A DNA stretch of 64,000 bases from an uncultured Lachnospiraceae bacterium (GTDB lineage: Bacteria; Bacillota; Clostridia; Lachnospirales; Lachnospiraceae): NCBI GenBank assembly GCA_947631955.1, contig CANRNJ010000005.1:85544-149543 (forward strand), read 5' to 3'. The notes beneath the pieces were generated by a model. The model was not told the origin of the DNA and did no database searches. It saw only the letters and a program-made list of their open reading frames with translations. This document shows positions 9,262 to 19,645 of this stretch, in pieces. The position numbers were made by a program, and so were the translations under genes. Positions within the stretch are counted from its first letter, which is position 1, and each line of letters begins with the position of its first letter.

Positions 9262-10755
9262 TTATTTATCGGTTCCGATATAGGAAAGCGGTATCTTTAC
9301 CGTAAAGACCGTGCCCTCATCTTCGACGCTCTCTACCTTGATCGTCCCCCGGTGCATCAACACGGCGTTTTTGGCGATCGCCAGTCCGAGCCCCGTGCCG
9401 CCGATCTCTCTGGAACGGGACTTGTCCACGCGGTAGAATCTCTCATAAATATGGTCCAGTGAGTCTTCGGGAATACCGATGCCCGAATCGGCCACCACAA
9501 CGGTAAAAAACTGATGATCGGCGTCCAGCGTCACTTTCACCCAACCGTGCTCTTTGTTATACTTGATCGCATTTTCCACCAGATTGGATACGATAAGCGT
9601 GAGTTTTACTTCATCCACGGCCGCTGTCACGGGTCTGACGCTCTCATATACAAGTTCTACATCCCGCTTCTGGGCAATGGGCCTCAGCCGCCGCATGATC
9701 AGTTCCACCAGCACGTTGACGTCCACTTCTGTGATCGTCAGATCCGCCGCCGTGCGGTCCATTTTGACCAAAGACAAAAGATCCGTAATGATCTTGTCTT
9801 CTCTCTCGATCTCTTTGGCGATATCTTCCATAAACTCCTGATAGACTTCTATCGGCACGTCATTCTGATTGATCAGGGAATCCGCCAGCACTTTCATGGA
9901 GGTGATCGGGGTCTTCAATTCGTGGGACACGTTGGAAACAAATTCCTGTCTGGAATCGTCCAGCACTTTCATCCTGCCCAGCACCCGGTTAAAGGCATCT
10001 CCGATGCGCTCCGTTTCTATCACGTCCGTGACCGATATGGGATCGTTGGTATAACCTTCCTGCGCCTGATCGAGCGCAAGCGTGATCTTTTCAAAGGGCC
10101 GGATCAGCACGCGGGCCGCCAGAACGGAAGCCACCACGATCGCCACGATAACGATCGCCTCTATGATCAGCGTCTGGCGGTTCAGCGCATCCAGCGTGGC
10201 CATGATGTTATCCGTAGAAACGCTTACCAGCATAACGCCGCGCATCACTTCCTTCTTGTCCCCCGCGCCGCTGCCTTCGCCGAAATCAGCCGTTTCCGTG
10301 ATCGGGATCGTCATTTCGATATATCCGTTGTCGCGGTCGTATTTGCTGGTGCTCTCTCCTCTGGCGCAGCGCACCACTTCCTCGGAGATGATGGTTTTGT
10401 TCTCGCTGATACCGTAGGTGTCCTTGACGATGCGCAGGTCACTGTTGATAACCATGACACGTCCGTCATAAAGTGTGGATAACTGGTTGACTTCGGCATT
10501 GACCACTTCCGAGGAAGTGTCCTGCAGATAGTGATAGGTAATCAGATGGTTGGCCAGAATACGCAGCTGCATAGTGATATCGGAAGTTCTGACACCGACT
10601 GCGCGCCGCTCGTAATTCTGCATGACCGCATGACGCATACTGACACAAGGAACCAATCCGACAACAAGCATGAGCAGAAAGATCCTTGTTTTAAGACTTC
10701 GTAAGAAAGTAAATCTATGTATGTTTTTTCCCGCCTCAAAGATACTCGTTTTCAC
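9262..10755 (-). CDS. Sensor histidine kinase (HAMP, HisKA, HATPase_c)
   Basis: FVSNVSHELKTP H-box, NLVENAIKY, DSGIGIP, FYRVDKSR, GTGLGL. Confidence 0.95.
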   Translation of the reverse strand: MKTSIFEAGKNIHRFTFLRSLKTRIFLLMLVVGLVPCVSMRHAVMQNYERRAVGVRTSDITMQLRILANHLITYHYLQDTSSEVVNAEVNQLSTLYDGRVMVINSDLRIVKDTYGISENKTIISEEVVRCARGESTSKYDRDNGYIEMTIPITETADFGEGSGAGDKKEVMRGVMLVSVSTDNIMATLDALNRQTLIIEAIVIVAIVVASVLAARVLIRPFEKITLALDQAQEGYTNDPISVTDVIETERIGDAFNRVLGRMKVLDDSRQEFVSNVSHELKTPITSMKVLADSLINQNDVPIEVYQEFMEDIAKEIEREDKIITDLLSLVKMDRTAADLTITEVDVNVLVELIMRRLRPIAQKRDVELVYESVRPVTAAVDEVKLTLIVSNLVENAIKYNKEHGWVKVTLDADHQFFTVVVADSGIGIPEDSLDHIYERFYRVDKSRSREIGGTGLGLAIAKNAVLMHRGTIKVESVEDEGTVFTVKIPLSYIGTDK

Positions 10756-10815
10756 ATTCAGCGCCTTATCTCCGTTTCCAAGATCTCATATCCTCTCTGC
10801 CGCGCATGGAAAACA

Positions 10816-11502
10816 TCAGGCAAAGTAATAGCCGACGCCCCATTTGGTCCGGACATAGACCGGCTCGCTCGGAACGTTCTCGATCTTCTCTCTCAGCCGC
10901 CTGATATGTACGTCCACCGTCCTCACATCTCCCGGATAGTCGCTGCCCCACACAAGCTGCAGCAGCTTCTCGCGGCTGTATACTTTGCCCTGATTGCGCA
11001 TCAGCAGTTCTAAGACCTCAAATTCTTTGGCCGTAAGATTGATCTCTTTTCCTTCTATGCTCACTCTCCTGCTGTCGCAGTCCAGACGCACACCGCTCAT
11101 TTCCAGAAGGGCCGTGGGTTCCTTCGGCGCATCTTTCCGGTTCGTGCGCCGGATGATCGCCTTGATCCGCGCTTTGACTTCGAGGATATTGAACGGTTTC
11201 GTGATATAATCGTCCGCCCCATAGTCCAGACCGAGGATCTTATCCATATCGTCGCCTTTTGCGGTCAGCATGATGATGGGGACACTGGAAAATTCTCTGA
11301 TCTGCTGGCATACCTCGAACCCGGTCATTTTGGGAAGCATCACATCCAGAAGGATCATGTCGTACTCTTTCTGACCGGCCAGACGCAGCGCCTCTTCGCC
11401 GTCATAGGCGCAGTCCACTTCCATACCGTCCTGCTCCAGACTGAACCGTATCCCTTTCACGATCAGTTTCTCGTCGTCAACCACTAATATTCTCTGTCCC
11501 AT
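10816..11502 (-). CDS. OmpR/PhoB family response regulator
   Basis: ILVVDDE, LLDVMLP, ADDYITKPF, RTVDVHIRRLREKIE, VWGVGY-like C-terminus. Confidence 0.95.
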   Translation of the reverse strand: MGQRILVVDDEKLIVKGIRFSLEQDGMEVDCAYDGEEALRLAGQKEYDMILLDVMLPKMTGFEVCQQIREFSSVPIIMLTAKGDDMDKILGLDYGADDYITKPFNILEVKARIKAIIRRTNRKDAPKEPTALLEMSGVRLDCDSRRVSIEGKEINLTAKEFEVLELLMRNQGKVYSREKLLQLVWGSDYPGDVRTVDVHIRRLREKIENVPSEPVYVRTKWGVGYYFA

Positions 11503-11514
11503 CCCTCATACCGC

Positions 11515-12447
11515 CTACTTTATTTTGATGCTGTCTTTTATTTTTTCAAAAGTCCCTTCTTTTATCCCGTCTACGTTCTTGATCTCTTCTATGGACGCAA
11601 AACCGCCTTTTTCCTGCCGGTATGCCACGATGGCCGCAGCCCTTACGGCTCCGATCCCCGGTATGCTGCACAGTTCCGATTCCGAAGCGGTATTGATATT
11701 GACCCTGCCATCCGACGCGCTGCCGGATCCGCCCGATGCACCGCCGAAGCTGCCTGACGCGCCGCCGGAACCGTCCGATATGCCGGCAGAGCTGCCCGCC
11801 GGTTCCAAATACCCGTATCCGCCAGACCCGGCCGCCTGCACCTGTTCATGAGTCGGAATGACAAGTTTCGTTCCGTCCGTAAGCGGCTGCGCTTGGTTTA
11901 CATAATCTTCGTCGGCGTCTTCCGCAAATCCGCCCGCCGCTTCCACGGCCTCGTGCACACGGATACCCAGAGGCAGTTCATATACGCCCGGATCGTTGAC
12001 CGCGCCGCACACATGCACGAAGATGGTCTGCGTTTCCTCTTCCCGGACAGTGCCTTCCGCCTGACCGGACTGTCCTGTCCCCGCCTGCCCGGATATCTCT
12101 TCTTCCGCCTGTTCGGATTTTCCTTCTTCCGTCTGCCCAGACAGCTCTGTTCCTGCCTGACCGGACTGTCCGGACTTTCCTTCTTCCGCCTGCACGGACT
12201 GCTCCACAGACAGTTCCTGCCACAGATCCTGCCCCGGCTCCTCCAAAAGAAGCTGTTCCCTGCGGGTGCACCCGCACAGGATGATCCCCGCCGTAAGCGC
12301 AGACAAGTACAACGAGCGGCGCAGACGCCGCCGTTTTGTATTCTTTCCGACGCTTTTGTTCTTCTCTTCCGTCTTTTTATGAATGGTCTTATGCATAGTT
12401 TCCTTTCCGAATCCGTTCCGTTCTTCAAGGATCGTCCCGCTATGCAC
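11515..12447 (-). CDS. comEA: ComEA family DNA-binding protein (SLBB + HhH) with low-complexity linker
   Basis: VHVCGAVNDPGVYEL; RVNINTASESELCSIPGIGAVRAAAIV...GIKEGTFEKIK; start uncertain (12396 possible). Confidence 0.9.
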   Translation of the reverse strand: MHSGTILEERNGFGKETMHKTIHKKTEEKNKSVGKNTKRRRLRRSLYLSALTAGIILCGCTRREQLLLEEPGQDLWQELSVEQSVQAEEGKSGQSGQAGTELSGQTEEGKSEQAEEEISGQAGTGQSGQAEGTVREEETQTIFVHVCGAVNDPGVYELPLGIRVHEAVEAAGGFAEDADEDYVNQAQPLTDGTKLVIPTHEQVQAAGSGGYGYLEPAGSSAGISDGSGGASGSFGGASGGSGSASDGRVNINTASESELCSIPGIGAVRAAAIVAYRQEKGGFASIEEIKNVDGIKEGTFEKIKDSIKIK

Positions 12448-12472
12448 TTTCCATTGTAAAGGAAATCCTGTC

Positions 12473-12904
12473 CTATGTCCACTTAAAAATCACAATTCCG
12501 GCGATCGCTGCACCCATACCGACGATCTTACGCATTTCAAGCGGCTGCTTTTCCACGCCGAACATGCCGAACAGTTCTATGACATAGGCCACGATCAGCT
12601 GCGCGATCACGATGAGCATGACAGCCCTTGCTGGCCCCAGAAGTTCCATTGCCTTGATAACGGTATAGGTGATGAAAGCGCCGATCGCGCCGCCCAAAAG
12701 CATATATTTCGGTTCCACTTTCCACAGGGCCGCGAAGGAAGACCGGTCCGTCACCAGCCATGCCGCCAGACAGACTAAAAGCGCCGTGAACTGAACAAAC
12801 GCATTGGCCGTCCAGATACCGGAAGTCTTAGTCACCTGCGTGTTAAATACTCCCTGTATGCTCATGAGCGCTCCCGACAACAGTGCAATCAATAATCCAA
12901 ACAT
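12473..12904 (-). CDS. DMT family transporter (YdcZ/DUF606-like)
   Basis: MFGLLIALLSGALMSIQGVFN...LLGGAIGAFIT...AQLIVAYVIELFG; SD AAAGGGG; start trimmed from 12970. Confidence 0.85.
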   Translation of the reverse strand: MFGLLIALLSGALMSIQGVFNTQVTKTSGIWTANAFVQFTALLVCLAAWLVTDRSSFAALWKVEPKYMLLGGAIGAFITYTVIKAMELLGPARAVMLIVIAQLIVAYVIELFGMFGVEKQPLEMRKIVGMGAAIAGIVIFKWT

Positions 12905-13054
12905 AATGTACCCCTTTCCATAAAAAGACAAGGCCTGTTTCCGCCTTGTCTTATCCTTTCCATTATGCATGGCAAATATGCACTTTCAGCCAAAAAAACG
13001 CATCCTGCCGGGAAACTCGGCGCTCCGCGTCCGGCCGCTCTGTGCCCGGACATT

Positions 13055-14626
13055 CTATTCCGCGCTGCCGCCGCTCTGGTCTTCTCCGCTCTCTCCGCTT
13101 TCGTCCCCTTCTTCGGCGATCTCTTCCGTCGTTTCCCCGGTCGTTTCTTCCGGGACATCGATATACTCTTCTTCATACTGGCCGCCGACTACCTGCGCCA
13201 TGATCTTCTCCGACAAAGCTTTCAGATCCTGATTGGCGTCCCCGCCGTCCCATATCTTGGCAAACGTGATCTCCAGTTCGACCCAGAAGTTGCTCGTTTC
13301 GATCATCTTCGGCATAGGGACCGAACTCATATATTCTTGAAGAAAAGCCGCCTTGTTCGGATCGTCGTAGGTGCTGCCGCCGTCATAGACAGGCAGTTTG
13401 CCGGTTCTCGCATAGAGCGTGTCCGTGGCATTTTCGGTCAGATAGACCGCAAAGTCGTTGGCCATCTCTTTCTTCTCGGAATAGCCGTTGACTGCCACAC
13501 ACTCGGTCACGGACAGCGATGAAGATTCCAGTTCTCCGCTCACGTCAGGCATGGTGGAGATGCCGTACTCATAAGTGAAATCACCGTCCGCGGCAGCCGC
13601 GTCGATCTTGGAGAGCGCATCCGTCGTCGCGACGGTATACACGATCCTGCCGTCCAAAAAGTCCTGAAGGACGCTGTCATAACTGGTTTCCACCGTATCG
13701 ATGGAAAAGAACTGGTTCAGGTTCTGATACACTCTCATGCATCGGATCGCATCTTCATTGTAGATACAGATGGAATCCGCCTGATCGCCGTTTACGCCGC
13801 CCACATCGATGGAGGCTCCCACAAAGAAGTAGTTGTAAAAAATATCGGACACATCCCACTTGAAAACGTCCACCTGCTCCGGCGCGTCATACACGTCCGC
13901 AAAAGCCAGAATATCGTCTATCTTATGCGGAAGCGCCTCGTCCACCTTCTTTTCCACTTCTTCGTCGCTCACGGTGAGCTCCGCGGCCGCGTCGTCCGCC
14001 GCATCGGCCATATCCTCCTGCGGCTCCCCGCCGTTGTCCAGATCCTGCTGTGCCTCCTCGCCCGCAGCGGCGTCATATTCCGCTTGGATCTGCGCTCTGG
14101 CCCAATCTTTCAGATACGTCTTATTGTACAGAAGACAGCTGGTTTCAAAATAAAACGGGTAGCTGATCTGCTTATCGTGATAGGTCACAGCCCGTATCGC
14201 CGATTCCGGGAACTTATCCGCCATGGCAGGCGCGCCTTCCGGCAGCCGGATCTCACTGGCCAGTCCCGCCAGATACGCTTTTTCCAAAGAATCGTTGCTG
14301 ATGATGTACAGATCCGGTATCTCCTCCCCGTTTAAGGAAGCCTGATTCAGCGTTTCCAGATATTCCCGCCCGGAAGTATAGACCGGGATCACCCTCACAT
14401 CGCTCTGGTATTCACTGTAAGAAACGGCCGCGCTGTTGAGATAATCCGTCAGCGCTTCGTCCGTATACCACAGATAAAGCGTATCTCTGCGGCCAAAGAG
14501 GGAGTCGTCCTCGACCGTTTCCTCCTCACCGCCGGATACCGTGATCCCCATCGCGCCGATCCCGTATATGCCGCACGCACACAGCACGATCACAAAGATC
14601 ATAATCAATCGTTTTTTCAGAGTCAC
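13055..14626 (-). CDS. Sugar ABC transporter substrate-binding protein (MalE-like), stand-alone
   Basis: N-terminal anchor; IPDLYIISND, YPFYFETSCLLYNK, AVNGYSE, PMPKMIETSNFW; acidic tail. Confidence 0.75.
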   Translation of the reverse strand: MTLKKRLIMIFVIVLCACGIYGIGAMGITVSGGEEETVEDDSLFGRRDTLYLWYTDEALTDYLNSAAVSYSEYQSDVRVIPVYTSGREYLETLNQASLNGEEIPDLYIISNDSLEKAYLAGLASEIRLPEGAPAMADKFPESAIRAVTYHDKQISYPFYFETSCLLYNKTYLKDWARAQIQAEYDAAAGEEAQQDLDNGGEPQEDMADAADDAAAELTVSDEEVEKKVDEALPHKIDDILAFADVYDAPEQVDVFKWDVSDIFYNYFFVGASIDVGGVNGDQADSICIYNEDAIRCMRVYQNLNQFFSIDTVETSYDSVLQDFLDGRIVYTVATTDALSKIDAAAADGDFTYEYGISTMPDVSGELESSSLSVTECVAVNGYSEKKEMANDFAVYLTENATDTLYARTGKLPVYDGGSTYDDPNKAAFLQEYMSSVPMPKMIETSNFWVELEITFAKIWDGGDANQDLKALSEKIMAQVVGGQYEEEYIDVPEETTGETTEEIAEEGDESGESGEDQSGGSAE

Positions 14627-14671
14627 TTTCGTTCTCCTTCTGTATTCCTGTCTTTTTGACCGTTCCTGCTG

Positions 14672-15886
14672 TTAATTCTTGCCGCCGCACACTTCGCTTA
14701 TACTCTTTCGCAGGATCGCGGTCATTTCGTCCACATGTTCTCTGGTGATCACAAGCGGAGGGACAAGCCGTATGATGTTCGTTCCCGCATTGATCAGCAC
14801 CAGTCCCTTGTCCATGGCATTGGTGATGATATCTCCCACGGGTCTGTCAAACACCAGCCCCTGCATCATTCCAACGCCGCGCCTTGTTTCCACGCAGGAG
14901 AAATCGTTCCTGACGGCGTCCAGACATTTTTCCAGATATCCGCCCACCTGCCGCACGTTATCGAGTACATTCAGTTTTTCAAACAGTTCGATCACCCGGC
15001 AGACCGCCGCGCAGGCAAGGGGATTGCCCCCGTAGGTCGTGCCGTGGTCGCCTGCGGCAAGGGAGTGGGCCCCCACTTTTTCCGTCATAAGAAAAGCGCC
15101 TACGGGCACGCCGCAGCCAAGCGCCTTGGCAGCCGCCATCACATCCGGCTTGATCCCGTAACGCTGCCATGCAAACATCTCTCCGGTCCGTCCCATCCCG
15201 CACTGGATCTCGTCAAGCATCATGAGGATGTCCTTTTCGTCGCACAGCGCGCGCACCTTCCGCAGGAACTCCTCCTCGGCCGGATAGACGCCGCCCTCGC
15301 CCTGAACCGTTTCCAGAAGGATGGCGCAGGTCCTGTCCGTGACCAGCCGCTCCACGCTGTCAAAATCATTTAACCGGGCAAATTTGATATTGCCGATCAT
15401 CGGCTCGAAAGGCTCACGGTAATGAGGATTGCCCGTCACGGACAGCGCCCCCATGGTCCTGCCGTGAAAAGAATGTTCCATCGCAATGATCTCATGATCC
15501 GTCCTGCCGTCTTTCAGATAACCATATTTTCTCGCCGTTTTGATCGCGCCCTCGATGGCCTCGGCGCCGCTGTTCGTGAAGAACACCCGGTCCATGCCGG
15601 ATATCTTCTTTAACTTCTTGGCCGCTTCGATGGCGGGAAGATTATAGTAGTAATTCGACGTATGAATGATCTTATCGATCTGATCCTTCAACGCGTCATT
15701 GTATTCTACGTTGTGATAACCGAGTGCAAACACCGCGATGCCGGACACAAAATCCAGATATTTCTTTCCGTCGGTGTCGTAGAGATATACGCCTTCGCCC
15801 CTCTCGAATATGACCTGATAACGGTTATAGGTGTGCAATAAGACTTTCTCCGCCTCGTCTATTTCTCTCTGCATCGTCTGACTCAT
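14672..15886 (-). CDS. argD: Acetylornithine aminotransferase
   Basis: YLDFVSGIAV, VFFTNSGAEAIE, SFHGRT, ETVQGEGG, DEIQCGMGRTG, GTTYGGNP; start trimmed to MSQTMQ. Confidence 0.95.
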   Translation of the reverse strand: MSQTMQREIDEAEKVLLHTYNRYQVIFERGEGVYLYDTDGKKYLDFVSGIAVFALGYHNVEYNDALKDQIDKIIHTSNYYYNLPAIEAAKKLKKISGMDRVFFTNSGAEAIEGAIKTARKYGYLKDGRTDHEIIAMEHSFHGRTMGALSVTGNPHYREPFEPMIGNIKFARLNDFDSVERLVTDRTCAILLETVQGEGGVYPAEEEFLRKVRALCDEKDILMMLDEIQCGMGRTGEMFAWQRYGIKPDVMAAAKALGCGVPVGAFLMTEKVGAHSLAAGDHGTTYGGNPLACAAVCRVIELFEKLNVLDNVRQVGGYLEKCLDAVRNDFSCVETRRGVGMMQGLVFDRPVGDIITNAMDKGLVLINAGTNIIRLVPPLVITREHVDEMTAILRKSISEVCGGKN

Positions 15887-15997
15887 GATCCGCCCCTGAC
15901 TTTCCTTTTGATCGTATCTGACCGGCCGTCCGCCGGTCCCCTGTTCACCTGACTGCGGCGTCCGCCGCCGCACAATGCCTGCGCATCCTTCCTGCCG

Positions 15998-16903
15998 TCA
16001 CTCCGACAGCGCCGCCCTGTCCTTGTCCGCTATAATGGCGGTGCCGATACCTTTGTCCGTAAAGATCTCCAGAAGAAGACAGTGCGCGATACGGCCGTCC
16101 AAAATGTGGACCCGGTTGACTCCCTGCCGGATGGCGTCCGTACAGTTGCTCAGTTTCGGCAGCATCCCGCCGCCGATGCAGCCGCTGCCGATCAGTTCGT
16201 CCGCCTGCGACGCCGTCAGTCTGGAGATAAAGCTGCTCTTGTCCTCGATATCTTTGTACAGTCCCTCGATATCGGTCAAAAAGACCAGTTTGTCCGCGCC
16301 CACCGCCTTGGCGATCGCACACGCGGCATCATCCGCGTTGATATTGTAAGTCACATAGTCCGCATCCAATCCGACCGGCGCTACGATCGGCAGAAAATCT
16401 TTTTCCAGAAGATCGTACAGCACCTTGGGGTCTACGTCCTCGATGTCCCCCACATAACCGATATCCTCGCCGCCCGGACATTTCTTCCTGCACTTTAAGA
16501 GTCCGCCGTCTTTGCCGCTGATCCCGACCGCGCGCACGCCCAACTCCTCCACCATCCGGACTAGGTTCTTATTGACTTTGTTGAGCACCATCTCCGCTAT
16601 CTCCATCGTTTCGTCGTCCGTCACGCGGAGGCCGTTCACGAATCTCGCCTCCTTGCCGACTTTGCCGACCCAGCGGCTGATCTCCTTGCCGCCGCCGTGC
16701 ACGATGATGGGTTTAAACCCTACCAGTTTGAGCAGGGTGACGTCTTTTATCACGTTTTTCTGCAGCTCCTCGTTGCTCATGGCGCTGCCGCCGTACTTCA
16801 CGACGATGATCTTTCGGTTGAATTTCTGAATGTAGGGGAGCGCCTCGATCAGCACCTCCGCCTTGCTCAGGATCTTGTCCATTTCTTTCTGTTCCATAAT
16901 CAT
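15998..16903 (-). CDS. argB: Acetylglutamate kinase
   Basis: [39 protein letters not shown]. Confidence 0.96.
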   Translation of the reverse strand: MIMEQKEMDKILSKAEVLIEALPYIQKFNRKIIVVKYGGSAMSNEELQKNVIKDVTLLKLVGFKPIIVHGGGKEISRWVGKVGKEARFVNGLRVTDDETMEIAEMVLNKVNKNLVRMVEELGVRAVGISGKDGGLLKCRKKCPGGEDIGYVGDIEDVDPKVLYDLLEKDFLPIVAPVGLDADYVTYNINADDAACAIAKAVGADKLVFLTDIEGLYKDIEDKSSFISRLTASQADELIGSGCIGGGMLPKLSNCTDAIRQGVNRVHILDGRIAHCLLLEIFTDKGIGTAIIADKDRAALSE

Positions 16904-17048
16904 CGGTCCTCTGTTATTTTTTTCTGTCTTTCTGCCAGCTGTTCCGTCTTTCGGTTATCCCTTCCGCTTCATGGCTGTCTTCGGGACCATCCCGCCTTAA
17001 GTCCTCGGAACCTTTTTGTCCTTGGCGGTCCCCGTCAGGCCGCAGGAT

Positions 17049-18272
17049 TCAGCTTCGATAATCCGCGTTGATCTTCACATAGTCGTAACTCAGATCGCAT
17101 CCCCATGCGGACGCCTCCGCTTCTCCCATGTGCATGTCCACAAGCACTCTTACCTCCGGCGACGCCAGTACCTGCGACGCTTCCTCCTCGCTGTAGGACA
17201 CGGCAGCACCGTCCTTGAAGATCAGGATGCTTTTCTCCCCGTTTTCAAAATACAGTTCGATCTTGTCCGGATCAAACTGCACGCCGGAATAACCCAGAGC
17301 GCACAGGAATCTGCCGAAATTGGCATCATGTCCGTAGATCGCCGCCTTGCACAGATTGGAGGAGATCACGCTCCGGCTCAGCACCCTCGCGTCCTGCTTC
17401 GTGGCCGCGTGGATCACTTTTGTTTCAAACAGCGCCGTGGCGCCTTCCCCGTCCCCCGCCATCATCTTGGCAAGCGTGGTATCGATATGGTTCAGCGCTT
17501 CTTTGAAGCGGTAATAATCGTCGTTCTTTTCCCGGATCTCCTCGTTCCCCGCCATGCCGTTGGCAAGCACGACCAGTGTGTCGTTTGTGGACGTGTCCCC
17601 GTCCACCGAGATCATGTTGAAGGTATCCGCCACGTCCTCCCGGAGAGCCTCCTGAAGGAGCTCTTTGGAGATCGCTGTATCCGTTGTGATAAATCCGAGC
17701 ATCGTGCACATCTGAGGATGGATCATTCCGGATCCCTTGCACATGCCGCCTATCGTGACCGTCCGGCCGCCTATCTCGATCTGCACCGCGGCCTGTTTCG
17801 ATATGGTATCGGTGGTCATGATCGCTTCCGCAGCCATCGTTCCCGCCTCAAAAGTTGCGGCTTTGCAGGCTGCCAGTTTCTCCACTCCGTCAAGGACCCG
17901 GTCCATCGGAAGCGGACTGCCGATAACGCCTGTGGATGCCACCAGTACCGCGTCGGGTGAGATCCCGAAAAGTCCGGCCGCTTTCTCGGCCGTCTGCCTG
18001 CAGCACTCGTACCCCTGTCTGCCGGTAGCCGCGTTGGCGATGCCCGAATTGACGACGACCGCCTGAACGCAGGCGGAGTGTTCCACCACTTCCTTATCCC
18101 ATCGTACGGGAGCCGCCTTTACCACGTTGCTCGTGAACACGCCTGCCGCCGTACAGGGCGCAGCGCTGTACACAAGCGCCATATCTTTTCTGTTCCGGTA
18201 TTTGATCCCCGCCTCGACTCCGGCCGCCTCAAAACCGGCCGCCGCGGTGACACCTCCGTCTATGATCTTCAT
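17049..18272 (-). CDS. argJ: Bifunctional ornithine acetyltransferase/N-acetylglutamate synthase
   Basis: GVFTSNVVKAAP, VASTGVIG, IMTTDT, KGSGMIHPQMCTML, VDGDTSTNDT, DGEGA, WGCDLSYDYVKINADY; start trimmed to MKIIDGG. Confidence 0.96.
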   Translation of the reverse strand: MKIIDGGVTAAAGFEAAGVEAGIKYRNRKDMALVYSAAPCTAAGVFTSNVVKAAPVRWDKEVVEHSACVQAVVVNSGIANAATGRQGYECCRQTAEKAAGLFGISPDAVLVASTGVIGSPLPMDRVLDGVEKLAACKAATFEAGTMAAEAIMTTDTISKQAAVQIEIGGRTVTIGGMCKGSGMIHPQMCTMLGFITTDTAISKELLQEALREDVADTFNMISVDGDTSTNDTLVVLANGMAGNEEIREKNDDYYRFKEALNHIDTTLAKMMAGDGEGATALFETKVIHAATKQDARVLSRSVISSNLCKAAIYGHDANFGRFLCALGYSGVQFDPDKIELYFENGEKSILIFKDGAAVSYSEEEASQVLASPEVRVLVDMHMGEAEASAWGCDLSYDYVKINADYRS

Positions 18273-18366
18273 CGTCGCCCACCATGCCTTTCTTTCCCGT
18301 TTGTCCGCGCATCTGCGGAATCGGTACACTTTTCCTATTTTAATACAATTACATGGAAAAAGGAAG

Positions 18367-18813
18367 TCAAATTTTATTAAAGGCGGTAATATTCTCTGCA
18401 TTGAGCGTGAAATCGTAATAGTTCAGATCTTCCCGTTTCGTCCAGCCGATCTGTTTCCAGAACGCATTGCCGATGTCGTTGGCCGTAAATGCGATCAGGG
18501 ACACCTTGTTGATCTCCTCCGCCTTAAGAGCTTCCATACAGAAGACCACCATCGCTTTTCCGATGCCCCGCATACGGTACTGTTCCGCCACGCACACATG
18601 ATACAGGCACCCTCTCCGGCCGTCGTGGCCGCACAGGATGGCCCCCACGATCCTGCCGTCCTCGACCGCCACCGCGCTGGTAGACGGATTTCTCTTAAGG
18701 AACCGCTCGACTCCCTCTCTGGAATCGTCTATGCTCCGGATCGCAAATCCCTTAATGGTCATCCACAGCGCCTTCACTTCGTCATAGTCGTCTATTGTCA
18801 TGAAACGTATCAT
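18367..18813 (-). CDS. GNAT N-acetyltransferase
   Basis: GHDGRRGCLYHVCVAEQYRMRGIGKAMV. Confidence 0.9.
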   Translation of the reverse strand: MIRFMTIDDYDEVKALWMTIKGFAIRSIDDSREGVERFLKRNPSTSAVAVEDGRIVGAILCGHDGRRGCLYHVCVAEQYRMRGIGKAMVVFCMEALKAEEINKVSLIAFTANDIGNAFWKQIGWTKREDLNYYDFTLNAENITAFNKI

Positions 18814-18858
18814 ATCCCTCTCTCCGATCCTGTCCTGTTATAAAATCAATGCCCGCAT

Positions 18859-19419
18859 CTATTCTCCGGTCAGTTCCACTTCCGTATATTCATGTCCCAC
18901 ATACGGCAGGAACCGTTCCAGCACATCCGCCGTCCTCAGCCGCAGACTGGAGGTGTTCACGCACGGGTGGCACCCTATGTATTCTTCCGCCAGCACGTCG
19001 CGGTCGATCAGCAGGCGGACCCGCTTATCCTTATCGTTCATCAGCCCCATCACGCTGACGCTTCCCGGAGTGATGTTCAAAAACTCCTCCATATATTCCT
19101 CTTCCGCAAAAGAAAGCCGCGCGCTGTTGATCTGGGCCGAGAGTTCCTTTGTCTTAAACTTCTTGCCGCCCGGCATCATCAACAGATAAAACTGGGTCCG
19201 CTGGGAATTGCACAAAAAAAGGTTTTTACAGATATGTATCCCTAAGATGCTTTCCACATCATGGCAGGCTTCCACGGACGCCGTCACCTCGTGATCCAGC
19301 CGCAGATAAGGGATCTGTAACTGTTCAAGCAGATCATATACGGCCATTTCTTTTGAAAGTCTACCCTTATGGGATGGTTTTGTATCTACCGGCGTCAGCG
19401 CCATTTCCCGTTCTTCCAC
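18859..19419 (-). CDS. YbaK/ProX-type prolyl-tRNA editing domain protein
   Basis: CKNLFLCN, RLSFA, PGSVSVMGLMND, GCHPCVNTSSL. Confidence 0.88.
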   Translation of the reverse strand: MEEREMALTPVDTKPSHKGRLSKEMAVYDLLEQLQIPYLRLDHEVTASVEACHDVESILGIHICKNLFLCNSQRTQFYLLMMPGGKKFKTKELSAQINSARLSFAEEEYMEEFLNITPGSVSVMGLMNDKDKRVRLLIDRDVLAEEYIGCHPCVNTSSLRLRTADVLERFLPYVGHEYTEVELTGE

Positions 19420-19459
19420 AGATCTTCCCTCCCGTCTATGCGCATAATCATACGCTCAA

Positions 19460-19540
19460 TATGCATAATATGCAAGTATTTTTTTATCTTTATGCATAAA
19501 AACACAAAATATTCATTTGTTTATGCATAAAATTACGCTT
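19460..19540. promoter_or_regulatory. Cluster of putative ArgR (ARG) boxes in the divergent argG promoter region
   Basis: ATGCATAATATGCA (19461), ATGCATAAAAACAC (19492), ATTCATTTGTTTATGCAT (19511), ATGCATAAAATTAC (19523); TTGCAT-17-TATATT promoter at 19539-19567. Confidence 0.6.
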
Positions 19541-19645
19541 GCATTATGCCCGGTCTTGTTGTATATTGTTCATAAGCTGTTTTATGAACGATGCAAAAAA
19601 AGAAACGCGTTCAAAAAGAGAAACGATCAAACGGAGGAGATTATC

